64,000 nt of DNA, from assembly GCA_964520865.1 (NCBI GenBank), contig CAZFOY010000008.1:3155-67154 (forward strand), given 5' to 3'. The stretch comes from an uncultured Ignavibacteriales bacterium. Lineage in GTDB: Bacteria; Zixibacteria; MSB-5A5; GN15; FEB-12. The notes under the pieces are model-generated. The model saw nothing but the letters and a program-made list of their open reading frames with translations. It did not search any database and was not told the DNA's origin. This document shows, piece by piece, positions 55,312 to 63,864 of this stretch. Position numbers and translations under genes: made by a program. Each line of letters opens with the position of its first letter. The stretch's first letter is position 1.

Positions 55312-56721
55312 CTAAAATACGCCGCTGAAGGAAAAAGAGATCTGGTGATTCCGATCTTTTTCATTCTCAATCAACACGGTCGGAGCGGCGCCCTGGTTCG
55401 TCGCCGGCACTGTGCTCGACAAAGTACGGTCGAATGTCGAATACGTATAAGCGATATCCAGCTTGATCTGATTCCAGTGAATTCCAGTTCCGGCCGTGAC
55501 ATTGTACTGAGTGGCTGTCGAGGTGTTGCCATTAACGTCGACATTCGGCGCCTGCGACGGCACGTAGCCAAAGCCGGCCCGCAACGGCACCTCGCCGATG
55601 CTTGTCTGCTTCATGTATTCGGCGCCTGTCCGGACTACAAATGTATTCTTCCACATGGGATCGAGGACCTGGAATTTCTCTTCGTTGGTGCCGCCCGGAT
55701 TAATAGTAATCGAAGTCCGGTTCTTGACCTTCAGGCCGGAGAATTTTCTGAACTCAAGATCAGCCGCCAGCAGGAGATTCTCGGTCGCCTTGTAGCCGAT
55801 TCCACCTCCGATAATTAGCGGCATTTCATACTTGATAAGATTGTTGCCGAAATAGACGGTGTCGGTACCGTCGTCCTGAACGAGATTATTGAACCGGTAA
55901 ATGTTGAAGATCGATTCATCGAACTTGTTGTTCAACGTGAACGGCGTTCGTACAATCACACCGCCGTCGAACTTGTCGCCGGTGTATTTGAAACCGATCG
56001 TAAAGTTCACGCCGCTGAATTTATTCGTGTCAATCGTGGTCACGTCGAACGTGGCCAGACCGCGCTGTGCGCCGTTCGGATCGTAACGAAAATCGGGGAT
56101 CGCCGTGAACGAAGTTGTCGTGCGCGGAATGTGACCGGAATAGACGTTCACGGACAGGCCGAACGACACCTTGTCGTAGAATCTGGTGCCGAAAGCGAAA
56201 TTCGCGGTATAGAGTCCTCCGTCGAGCGTGGAGCTGACATCCTGTGTCAAAGCCAGCGTGTCGTCTTCGGGTCCGGTTGTCGTGATCCAGTGGAAGATCT
56301 CCGTTCCCGTAAAATTGAATCCGGACTGCTGGAAAATATCAGCATTTCTGGTCCAGTTGACCGATCCGACGAACGGATGGCCTTTGATACGAAGCGGTGC
56401 AATAAAACTAAGCGAATTGATGGAACCGAAACTTCCGGTGTGATCGGAAGCCGAAGAAATCATAGCGAAACTCACCACCGAATTGCCGCGCGGAATCAGC
56501 GATTGGTAGCTGACCCCGAGCTGAATCTTATCATCAAGATAGATGCCGGCCGGGTTCCAGGACGCTCCATTGACCCCATCAGAAATTCCAAGGTATGCGT
56601 TCCCCATTCCCCGCGCTCTGGCCCCTCCGCCAACGAAATCAAAATTGTAGTACTCGAAACCAAAAGCGGTTGCTGATAGCAGCACAAAAACAACCGCAAC
56701 CCTTAACCACATACGCATCAT
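55312..56721 (-). CDS. outer-membrane beta-barrel with PorV/FadL-like N-terminal motif
   Basis: Signal peptide, then GGGARARGMGNAYLGISDGVNGASWNPAGI. 469 aa, ends FSFSGVF. Confidence 0.68.
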   Translation of the reverse strand: MMRMWLRVAVVFVLLSATAFGFEYYNFDFVGGGARARGMGNAYLGISDGVNGASWNPAGIYLDDKIQLGVSYQSLIPRGNSVVSFAMISSASDHTGSFGSINSLSFIAPLRIKGHPFVGSVNWTRNADIFQQSGFNFTGTEIFHWITTTGPEDDTLALTQDVSSTLDGGLYTANFAFGTRFYDKVSFGLSVNVYSGHIPRTTTSFTAIPDFRYDPNGAQRGLATFDVTTIDTNKFSGVNFTIGFKYTGDKFDGGVIVRTPFTLNNKFDESIFNIYRFNNLVQDDGTDTVYFGNNLIKYEMPLIIGGGIGYKATENLLLAADLEFRKFSGLKVKNRTSITINPGGTNEEKFQVLDPMWKNTFVVRTGAEYMKQTSIGEVPLRAGFGYVPSQAPNVDVNGNTSTATQYNVTAGTGIHWNQIKLDIAYTYSTFDRTLSSTVPATNQGAAPTVLIENEKDRNHQISFSFSGVF

Positions 56722-56771
56722 CCTCGTTATCTCCTTTATCCCTAAACAGACAATATTCTCTCGTTACAGTA

Positions 56772-56785
56772 GTGACGTACGTCAC
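56772..56785. promoter_or_regulatory. perfect 14-bp palindrome GTGACGTACGTCAC upstream of the 469-aa barrel gene
   Basis: Located 51-64 nt upstream of the ATG at 56721. Confidence 0.35.
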
Positions 56786-56976
56786 CTGAAAAATAATTAA
56801 CGAATATATGCCAACTTTTCAGCCGTGTCAAATGATTTCCCCAAATATCTCCCCTTATATTCTCTTGACAGTCAGAAAGTTAAGGGCCAAATGCGGAGTG
56901 CGGGGCAGATGTTAGACCGGACCTGCGGGGCGGGTTAACGAACCGGAAAATTCGACCATCGAGGCCTGATTTTCAA

Positions 56977-57050
56977 TACCCCCGGCAGGAATTGAACCTG
57001 CGACCTGCGGTTTAGGAAACCGTCGCTCTATCCAACTGAGCTACGGGGGC
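56977..57050 (-). tRNA. tRNA-Arg (anticodon CCT)
   Basis: Hand-folded cloverleaf: GCCCCCG/CGGGGGT acceptor, GCTC/GAGC D stem, anticodon loop TTCCTAA, GCAGG/CCTGC T stem with a TTCAATT loop. 74 nt, no encoded CCA. Confidence 0.9.
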
Positions 57051-57101
57051 TCTTGCGCAAAAAGTATGCGGTGGGGAAGAAAAACGCAACAGGAGAATGG
57101 T

Positions 57102-57626
57102 CTATTCCGAATCGTAGGAGACGAGATAATTCACATCATACTCTTTCAACGCTTCCCGCCAGGGAAGAAACGCGAGATCGATCACGACCGAGACGCCTGC
57201 CACCTTCCCGCCCGATCGTTCGATCAGCTTGCAGGCAGCCTTGATCGTTCCACCGGTGGCGATGAGATCGTCGACAACCAGCGCCCGTTGGCCCGCCCGC
57301 ACTGCGTCCTCGTGGAGTTCCAGACGATCGGTGCCGTATTCCAGTTCGTATTCCTCTGAGATCGTCTTGTAGGGCAGTTTTCCGGGCTTTCGCGCAACCG
57401 CCACGCCGAGACCGAGTCGATCGGCCAGAGCGGCGCCGAAAATAAACCCCCGAGACTCAATGGCGACAATCGTCTGAATATCCCTGGTTCTGGCGTACTC
57501 CTCCATTCGATCAAGCGCCATGTGAAGTCCCTCCGGACTCTCAAGCAAGGTGGTAATGTCGTAGAAGAGTATTCCCGGTTTCGGAAAATCCGGGACGTTA
57601 CGAATGTATTTCTTCAAGTCTTCCAT
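57102..57626 (-). CDS. apt: adenine phosphoribosyltransferase
   Basis: IRNVPDFPKPGILFYDITTLL and the PRPP motif ALVVDDLIATGGT. Confidence 0.95.
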   Translation of the reverse strand: MEDLKKYIRNVPDFPKPGILFYDITTLLESPEGLHMALDRMEEYARTRDIQTIVAIESRGFIFGAALADRLGLGVAVARKPGKLPYKTISEEYELEYGTDRLELHEDAVRAGQRALVVDDLIATGGTIKAACKLIERSGGKVAGVSVVIDLAFLPWREALKEYDVNYLVSYDSE

Positions 57627-57644
57627 GGATGCGGCGTCAAATAG

Positions 57645-57923
57645 TCAATGTGTAATTTCGAACGAGCGATACTTCCCGGAGTAGTTGCCCCATCGAAGCT
57701 TGATATCGCGAACCGATGCCGGGGCGGGTCCTGCCTTGAGCTCCTTGACGTATTCCTCGATCGTGCCTCGCTCCCCTTCAACGAGTGTCGATACTGACCC
57801 GTCAGGATTATTCGCGACCCAACCGGTTAGATTGAGTCCGACCGCCGTGCGATAACAGAAGTAGCGAAAGCCCACTCCCTGTACATGTCCGAAGATAGTA
57901 AGTTCGGCGGACACCGAACTCAC
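57645..57923 (-). CDS. acyP: acylphosphatase
   Basis: GHVQGVGFRYF...GWVANNPDGSV. 92 aa from a GTG that overlaps the upstream stop (GTGA). The 233-aa ORF in the track is an artefactual extension. Confidence 0.85.
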   Translation of the reverse strand: MSSVSAELTIFGHVQGVGFRYFCYRTAVGLNLTGWVANNPDGSVSTLVEGERGTIEEYVKELKAGPAPASVRDIKLRWGNYSGKYRSFEITH

Positions 57924-58393
57924 TTGGTTCCTCCAACAAGGTCCATGACCGTTTTGGCTGCTTCGAGCGGCGTATCGACCTGCTTGATGTCTTCGCCCAG
58001 TTTCCACGCGTTGACCGCCACCAGCGGAATGCCGGCCTGAAGGGCCAGAGCCATTTCCGATAGGGTACCATATTTGCCCGGAAAAGCGATGACAGCATCG
58101 GCGGTACGTACAACCAGGATATTTCTCGCTTCGCCGAACCCGCTGGGTATTACATAGTCGATAAATTCGTTTGCTTCGTCCTTGATTTCGCCCGGGAGTA
58201 TTCCGATCGTGACACCGCCGGCCTCTTTGGCGCCTCGTGCGGCACCTTCCATGATACCACCCAGTCCTCCACATACAACAATACCGCCGTGCTCGGCAAC
58301 ATACTTGCCGGCCTCGGCGGCCATATCCCGGAGTTTCTTCGAACACTTGCCAGCCCCGATGATCGCTATTACAGGATTCCGTTTAGGTTTCAT
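57920..58393 (-). CDS. TIGR00725/LOG-family protein
   Basis: VVCGGLGGIMEGAARGA and PGKYGTLSE (PGGxGTxxE-type) motifs; 157 aa. Confidence 0.85.
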   Translation of the reverse strand: MKPKRNPVIAIIGAGKCSKKLRDMAAEAGKYVAEHGGIVVCGGLGGIMEGAARGAKEAGGVTIGILPGEIKDEANEFIDYVIPSGFGEARNILVVRTADAVIAFPGKYGTLSEMALALQAGIPLVAVNAWKLGEDIKQVDTPLEAAKTVMDLVGGTK

Positions 58394-58480
58394 ATCGAGA
58401 CCCTTTCCTCACTCCTATCTCCCCCGAGATTAAGATTCACATTATTGTTCCACTGCGCCATCGGCGGATCGCAAAAAAAA

Positions 58481-58554
58481 TCGGGGCGACTGGATTTGAA
58501 CCAGCGACCTCTTAGTCCCGAACCAAGCGCGCTACCAATCTGCGCCACGCCCCG
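58481..58554 (-). tRNA. tRNA-Pro (anticodon CGG)
   Basis: Hand-folded: CGGGGCG/CGCCCCG acceptor, anticodon loop TTCGGGA, GCTGG/CCAGT T stem. 74 nt. Confidence 0.9.
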
Positions 58555-58637
58555 AGCCTTCGATTGCGGTGAATATGATACTTCATTTTCCGGCAAAGTC
58601 AACTCCCTTTTTGCAGGAGTTGAAATCTGCGAAACAC

Positions 58638-59414
58638 CTAACGCAGCCTGAACTTGCCATCGGCGAGACGACCGAGCGTCTCGGTGTCAGTGAAGTTCAA
58701 AGTCAGAGGTGTAATAGAGATCACACCCCTGTGCACGGCCTCAAAATCGGTCCCTCGCGTCATTTTCCATTTCGGACGTCCACCGATCCAGAAATACGGC
58801 TTGCCGCGGGGGTCCTTCTTGTGTACTACGATATCTTTGTAGTGACGATAACCAAGAGCGGTGAACTCATATTTGGCATACGGCCTGCCGCTGTCCGGCG
58901 GGAGATTGATATTCAAGAAGGTGGCCGGATCCAACTCAAGTTTCTCGAACGAACCGACGAGTTTTCCCACGAACTGCACCGCACGCTTCATACTCATCCC
59001 CGGCTCGTAATGTGCCATGGAGACCGCAATTGACGGTACCTTCAGGATCGAACCCTCGATGGCGGCAGCCACCGTGCCTGAGTAGGTGACATCGTCGCCC
59101 ATATTTGCCCCGTGATTGATGCCGGAGATTATCATATCAGGCTTATGCTTCTTAAACAGCATGTGCACCGCAAGCATTACGCAGTCGGTGGGCGTACCAT
59201 CGGTCGTAAAGACCGACTTCTCGATGCGATGCACTCTCAGGGGGCGATTCAACGTCAGGGAGTGAGAGCTCGCTGATTGCTCACGATCGGGGGCGACCAC
59301 GAAGACATCGTGCTTCTTCTGTAAGTGCTTATACAGCGTGTTGATACCTTCGGAAAAGTATCCGTCGTCGTTGGTAATGAGTATCTTCTTCCTGGTCACC
59401 ACAAATCGTACCAT
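58638..59414 (-). CDS. surE: 5'/3'-nucleotidase SurE
   Basis: KILITNDDGYFSEGI...SGINHGANMG. Confidence 0.93.
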   Translation of the reverse strand: MVRFVVTRKKILITNDDGYFSEGINTLYKHLQKKHDVFVVAPDREQSASSHSLTLNRPLRVHRIEKSVFTTDGTPTDCVMLAVHMLFKKHKPDMIISGINHGANMGDDVTYSGTVAAAIEGSILKVPSIAVSMAHYEPGMSMKRAVQFVGKLVGSFEKLELDPATFLNINLPPDSGRPYAKYEFTALGYRHYKDIVVHKKDPRGKPYFWIGGRPKWKMTRGTDFEAVHRGVISITPLTLNFTDTETLGRLADGKFRLR

Positions 59415-59535
59415 TCGTTCGAGTTTGAGAAAGAGTACGGCAATCCGTGAGATGAGGCAAGCGATAGTTCCACATCGGCCTCACCTTGTGAGCATGCCGT
59501 CCGGATTGCCCTCAGCGATAATCGCCGGGTTATGT

Positions 59536-60234
59536 TCAGGCCCAGATACGTTTCCAGATCTGACGAATGAAGCGACCGGTATCCCGGACCGGATTAATGA
59601 ACGACGTTGAGTCATCGTACACGGTCGTAACGGGAACCTCCCCGAACCGACACCCAACAGCGCCTGCCTTGAAAAGCATCTCTGATTCGAAGTCATACCC
59701 GACTGTTTTGAGGTGAATTTTCCTGAGGAGCGAGGTCGGAATCAGCCGGAAGCCTGACTGACTGTCCCGGACACGTTGCGTGGAGAAGATCGAAATGATG
59801 AGCGAGGTCAGATTGTTGGTCATCCAGCGGGAAAACGGCATAATTCGGAGATCCATCCCCCGGGTACCGACGATAAGATGCTCCCCATCGTCATCGGCGT
59901 AGAATCTCGGTATCTCCTCGGGAAGGTGCTGCAGGTCGGCGTCGACCGTTAACACTGACCGATACCCGTGGGACATTGCGTACCTGAAGCCGGCGGCAAG
60001 AGCCGATCCCTTACCCTGATTAGCAGGAAATGAGATGTAATTTACATCGTGCTGCTTGAGTACGTTCAGCGTCTCATCGGTGGACCCGTCATTGACGAAC
60101 AAGGTGTTCTCATCGCATACGAACTGCCGCAGTCTCGGAATCAGGTCGGGGAGGTGGCGGGCGGCGTTGAATACCGGAATCAGGACAAGAATCTGTTTGG
60201 ACGGATCAGTATGGTGCATTACGGGAGACTTCAT
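59536..60234 (-). CDS. glycosyltransferase family 2 (polyprenyl-phosphate glycosyltransferase-like)
   Basis: VLIPVFNAA...NDGSTD...DADLQH; 232 aa. Confidence 0.85.
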   Translation of the reverse strand: MKSPVMHHTDPSKQILVLIPVFNAARHLPDLIPRLRQFVCDENTLFVNDGSTDETLNVLKQHDVNYISFPANQGKGSALAAGFRYAMSHGYRSVLTVDADLQHLPEEIPRFYADDDGEHLIVGTRGMDLRIMPFSRWMTNNLTSLIISIFSTQRVRDSQSGFRLIPTSLLRKIHLKTVGYDFESEMLFKAGAVGCRFGEVPVTTVYDDSTSFINPVRDTGRFIRQIWKRIWA

Positions 60235-60362
60235 AATTCGCTCAGGCTTTGATCGTTTCTACCGCTGAAGATTCGTCCGGTTCCGGGAAACGGACGTCGA
60301 GTCTTAATTGGAGGATATCTGAAGAGCACCCTGCGCTTCACGATCTTCATCATCAGGGAAAA

Positions 60363-60440
60363 TGGTCGGAGCGAGCCGATTCGAACGGCCGACCTCTCGC
60401 ACCCCAAGCGAGTGCGCTAACCAAACTGCGCTACGCTCCG
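60363..60440 (-). tRNA. tRNA-Pro (anticodon GGG), CCA encoded
   Basis: Hand-folded: CGGAGCG/CGCTCCG acceptor, anticodon loop TTGGGGT, TTCGAAT T loop, 3' ACCA. Confidence 0.9.
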
Positions 60441-60535
60441 ACTTTTAACCGCTTTCGGGACTTGGACTTGGAGTCAAGCCCGGCCGGCCCTATGGTGTGC
60501 CGACATTGGCTAATCTACCCAAATCGGCTGAAAAC

Positions 60536-60886
60536 TCAAGCGAAATGTTTGAGCAGGTCCTCAATATCCTTTCGGATCTGGCCAACCAGCGTTCTTGCTC
60601 GCGCCGATACGACCATCGTTTCTTTTTCTTCGCTTGGCCTTTTCATCATCAGTTTCGTCCGGGCGCCGGCAATGGTGAGCTTTTCTTTGGTCCGCAAATG
60701 GTTTATCCGATTGATAATCTCGATATCCTTCTGCGTGTAAGTCCGATTCCCTCCGCGGTTCTTCTTCGGTTTGAGAACGTCGAACTCTTTCTCCCAGTAG
60801 CGCAGGACGTATGGTTCCAGGCCGGTAATCTTGGACACTTCGCTTATCGAGTAGTATAGCTTCTCACCTCCGTTGGTTTTTCCCAT
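60536..60886 (-). CDS. MerR-family transcriptional regulator
   Basis: YSISEVSKITGLEPYVLRYWEKEF...NRTYTQKDI helix-turn-helix; 116 aa. Confidence 0.85.
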   Translation of the reverse strand: MGKTNGGEKLYYSISEVSKITGLEPYVLRYWEKEFDVLKPKKNRGGNRTYTQKDIEIINRINHLRTKEKLTIAGARTKLMMKRPSEEKETMVVSARARTLVGQIRKDIEDLLKHFA

Positions 60887-60910
60887 AGCGTATCCCTTTC
60901 GGCAGATGCT

Positions 60911-61918
60911 TTACTGCCATATTTCTGCTTTCAATGTTCTTCCCATCAGATCGCCCATAGCCTCCGAAGGCGATTTATCGGCAAACAAAACGTTGTAGAC
61001 CTCACGGGTTATCGGCATTTCCACCTGGTGTTTCTCCGCGAGGGCGTATCCGGAACGAGTCGTCTGCACTCCTTCAGCCACCATCGTCATTCCGGCAAGA
61101 ATGTCTTTGAGCTTCTCCCCGCGCCCGATATTGTATCCGACGAATCGGTTTCGGCTGTGGCGCGAGGAACAGGTCGTCACCAGGTCGCCGATTCCCGACA
61201 GGCCCGAAAAAGTGAGTGGATCCGCACCCATGGCCGTTCCAAGCCGGGAGATCTCGGCCAGGCCCCGTGTAATCAGCGCTCCCAGCGTGTTGTCCCCGGT
61301 TCCGATTCCGGCGGCGATGCCGGCGGCGATTGCGATTATATTCTTGAGTGCCCCGCCCAATTCCACACCGATCAAATCTTCGCTTTGATATACACGGAAG
61401 GACTGATTACTGAAGAGATTCTGAACGTGTGAAATCAGGTCGGACGAACGGCCCGCCGCAACTACCGCGGTAGGTATGTCGTGAACTACCTCTTCGGCGT
61501 GGGATGGTCCCGAGATCGATACGACCCTGTCGCTTGGCAGTTCGAGCACTTGCTCAATTACCTCCGACATTCGCAGAAGCGAACCGATTTCGATTCCCTT
61601 TGCCAGATTGACGAACCCGCGTGCTTCCGTCTTGAGACTCTTCAGATCCATCAACACGCCGCGAAGATGCTGTGATGGAATCGCAAGGACGACCAGATCC
61701 GCCTTCTCGACGGCCTCGCCAAGGTTATTGGTCAGATCGATGGCGTCGTCGAGACGAACATCTTTGAGTTTGTCGGGATGTCCGCGATAGCTCACGAGAA
61801 TGTCGAAATCGCGATGACTGTATTCCCAGAGAATGACATCAGCCCCGTTTCGCTGCAGCAGCCGTGCGACCGCCATTCCCCAGGAACCGGCGCCGAGTAT
61901 GGCGATTCGCTCAGACAT
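60911..61918 (-). CDS. gpsA: NAD(P)H-dependent glycerol-3-phosphate dehydrogenase
   Basis: IAILGAGSWGMAVA...GALKNIIAIAAGI. Start set at MSERIAILG; the ORF is open to 62056 but that stretch overlaps plsY. Confidence 0.93.
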   Translation of the reverse strand: MSERIAILGAGSWGMAVARLLQRNGADVILWEYSHRDFDILVSYRGHPDKLKDVRLDDAIDLTNNLGEAVEKADLVVLAIPSQHLRGVLMDLKSLKTEARGFVNLAKGIEIGSLLRMSEVIEQVLELPSDRVVSISGPSHAEEVVHDIPTAVVAAGRSSDLISHVQNLFSNQSFRVYQSEDLIGVELGGALKNIIAIAAGIAAGIGTGDNTLGALITRGLAEISRLGTAMGADPLTFSGLSGIGDLVTTCSSRHSRNRFVGYNIGRGEKLKDILAGMTMVAEGVQTTRSGYALAEKHQVEMPITREVYNVLFADKSPSEAMGDLMGRTLKAEIWQ

Positions 61919-62570
61919 TGACTTTCTCCCTGGACGAGCCGCCGGATCGTGAGAATTTGTTCTCGGTGCCGGAGAGCAGCCTGACGATGTTCTGCCGGTG
62001 AGTGAGCAGGATGAGTAGCAGCAGAGCGGCCGCAAGATAGAAGTAGACGATCGCAATCTGCGTATGCATCATAAATCGCTCAATTGTTATCACGGCGAAC
62101 AGGGTCAACGCACCCATCATTGAACCGAGCGATATGTATCTGAAAACGACTGCCACAATCAGGAATACTCCGAAACTTATCAGCGTCTGCAGCGGAAGCA
62201 TGGTGACCATTGTCCCGAGGGCGGTGTTAACTCCCTTGCCGCCTCTGAAACCAAGATAGACGGGGAATATGTTACCGATCACACAGGCCATGGCACATAT
62301 TACATAGAACACATCCGGTGATACCACTGCGAGCGCGTAATGGGCTGCTACATACTTCGCGCCGAGGATCACGGCGACACCTTTGCCGATATCAAGAGCG
62401 AACACCCAGACGGCTACTTTGAAGCCAGCGGCCCGCCAAACGTTGGTGGCGCCGATATTTCCCGATCCGACTGTGCGAATATCAGGAATACCGGCCAGCC
62501 GGGCCACTACGAGGCCGAAAGGAATGGCGCCGATCAAATAGGCGATTATGACGACGAGAAGAGTAATCAT
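61911..62570 (-). CDS. plsY: glycerol-3-phosphate acyltransferase PlsY
   Basis: YLIGAIPFG...GSGNIGATN...FRGGKGV. Confidence 0.93.
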   Translation of the reverse strand: MITLLVVIIAYLIGAIPFGLVVARLAGIPDIRTVGSGNIGATNVWRAAGFKVAVWVFALDIGKGVAVILGAKYVAAHYALAVVSPDVFYVICAMACVIGNIFPVYLGFRGGKGVNTALGTMVTMLPLQTLISFGVFLIVAVVFRYISLGSMMGALTLFAVITIERFMMHTQIAIVYFYLAAALLLLILLTHRQNIVRLLSGTENKFSRSGGSSREKVNV

Positions 62571-62591
62571 CGGTAGACGTATGTATCTAAG

Positions 62592-62616
62592 CGATGGCGC
62601 GCATCGCGCGCCATCG
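62592..62616. other. perfect 11-bp GC-rich hairpin/palindrome
   Basis: CGATGGCGCGC-atc-GCGCGCCATCG, between the hypothetical gene stop (62646) and the plsY start (62570). No U-tract on either strand. Confidence 0.5.
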
Positions 62617-62645
62617 ACCCACTTTAGCTTCTTAGATCCGTAGTT

Positions 62646-63104
62646 CTATTCACCCGACTGGAGGGTATCGGCAGCAGCCGTACTGTCCGATTCGGGCATC
62701 TGCCCCTCCGGTATCGATTCCTTGAGCTCGGGGAAGTAATCATATATGGCGTTCATGAATTGAACCGCCTCGGCAGAATCAACTTTCTTGTCGCTTGCGA
62801 TTGACTGGATCTCGGTCATGAAGTTCTTATATTTTTCGCCGTCCAGTTTGGATTCCTTCAGTTTCTTGAGGAATCCGTCGCTGACCGCGTCGAATTTCGT
62901 CGTGTCGATACCTTGCGGCGGTTCCTTGGCAACCATCTCCTTGAGACCGTTCACGACGGTTGCGGCGCCGAATTTGGCGAGATCCTCTCTCTTCAGGTAG
63001 CATGTGATGGAGATAGCGATGATCAGAATGAGCAGTACCCCCACTACGATCAACCCGATTAGACAGCCCTTCGACATTCCCTGTTTCTTAGCAACCTCTG
63101 TCAT
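62646..63104 (-). CDS. hypothetical single-pass membrane-anchored protein
   Basis: N-terminal TM segment CLIGLIVVGVLLILIIAISI, then a charged helical region. No family recognised. Confidence 0.5.
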   Translation of the reverse strand: MTEVAKKQGMSKGCLIGLIVVGVLLILIIAISITCYLKREDLAKFGAATVVNGLKEMVAKEPPQGIDTTKFDAVSDGFLKKLKESKLDGEKYKNFMTEIQSIASDKKVDSAEAVQFMNAIYDYFPELKESIPEGQMPESDSTAAADTLQSGE

Positions 63105-63314
63105 AATCCCTCACCTGTTAGATGATTATGTGGTAGTGTTTGGCTATTGTCATATAACGCGATATGTCGACCATTCTCAAGAGTCGGTTGAAATTCCTTC
63201 TATAGGAATTTATATAACACACGACCGGATGGAACGCAAGCGGATTAACTTTTCCGAGCCTGGAAACGGCTGGATTCGCCGACGGCCGGTCGGGCGTAAC
63301 TGATTTCGCGGCAT

Positions 63315-63341
63315 AAAAAAACCCGCCCGGGACGGGCGGGT
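63315..63341 (-). terminator. intrinsic terminator after rplQ
   Basis: Minus strand reads ACCCGCCC-gtccc-GGGCGGGT followed by TTTTTTT. Confidence 0.85.
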
Positions 63342-63366
63342 TGAAATGTTTTCAAAGCGATCGGAA

Positions 63367-63846
63367 TTATCCGGCGGCCTCGGCCTTCTTTGACTTGGAG
63401 GACGCCTTTTCGGCTTTCTTCGGGGCGGTTTTGGCAGCAGCCTTCTTCCCTTTCCCCTTCTTGCCTTTCGCATCCTCGGCTTCCTTCGGCTTCTCGGTGA
63501 GCAGCTCCACCACCGACATCGGTGCGCCATCGCCGCGACGGACACCGAGCTTGATTACACGCGAGAAACCGGAAGTGCGTTCCGAAAACTGGGGCACGAT
63601 TTCACTGAACAGCTTCTTGAAGACGTCTTTGTTCTTCACTGTCCGGGCGACTTCGCGCTTTGCGTGCAGGGTGTTCTGCTTCGCCGTACTGATGAGCCGG
63701 TCGACCAGCGGGCGAAGCGCTTTCGCCTTGGCGTCGGTTGTCTTGATAATGCGATGCGTAAAGAGCGACATGGCCATATTAGCCAGCATGGCATCGCGGT
63801 GCGAGGCGGTACGCCCAAGCTTCTTGACTTTATCTCGATGTCCCAT
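63367..63846 (-). CDS. rplQ: 50S ribosomal protein L17 with Lys/Ala-rich C-terminal tail
   Basis: MGHRDKVKKLGRTASHRDAML...; about 40 extra residues (KGKKGKGKKAAAKTAPKKAEKASSKSKKAEAAG). Confidence 0.95.
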   Translation of the reverse strand: MGHRDKVKKLGRTASHRDAMLANMAMSLFTHRIIKTTDAKAKALRPLVDRLISTAKQNTLHAKREVARTVKNKDVFKKLFSEIVPQFSERTSGFSRVIKLGVRRGDGAPMSVVELLTEKPKEAEDAKGKKGKGKKAAAKTAPKKAEKASSKSKKAEAAG

Positions 63847-63864
63847 TGTGATACTCGTCTCGTC

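Noticed and set aside
57645-58346. ORF-track N-terminal extensions: the 233-aa ORF over the LOG-like gene, and the longer versions at 1328-1765, 9833-11092, 36751-37776 and 60911-62056.
   Set aside because: The extra N-terminal residues overlap the upstream gene in another frame and have Arg/Cys-rich nonsense composition. In each case an internal start lies directly after the upstream stop. A Shine-Dalgarno box was checked and found only for the thiolase (9833-11023).
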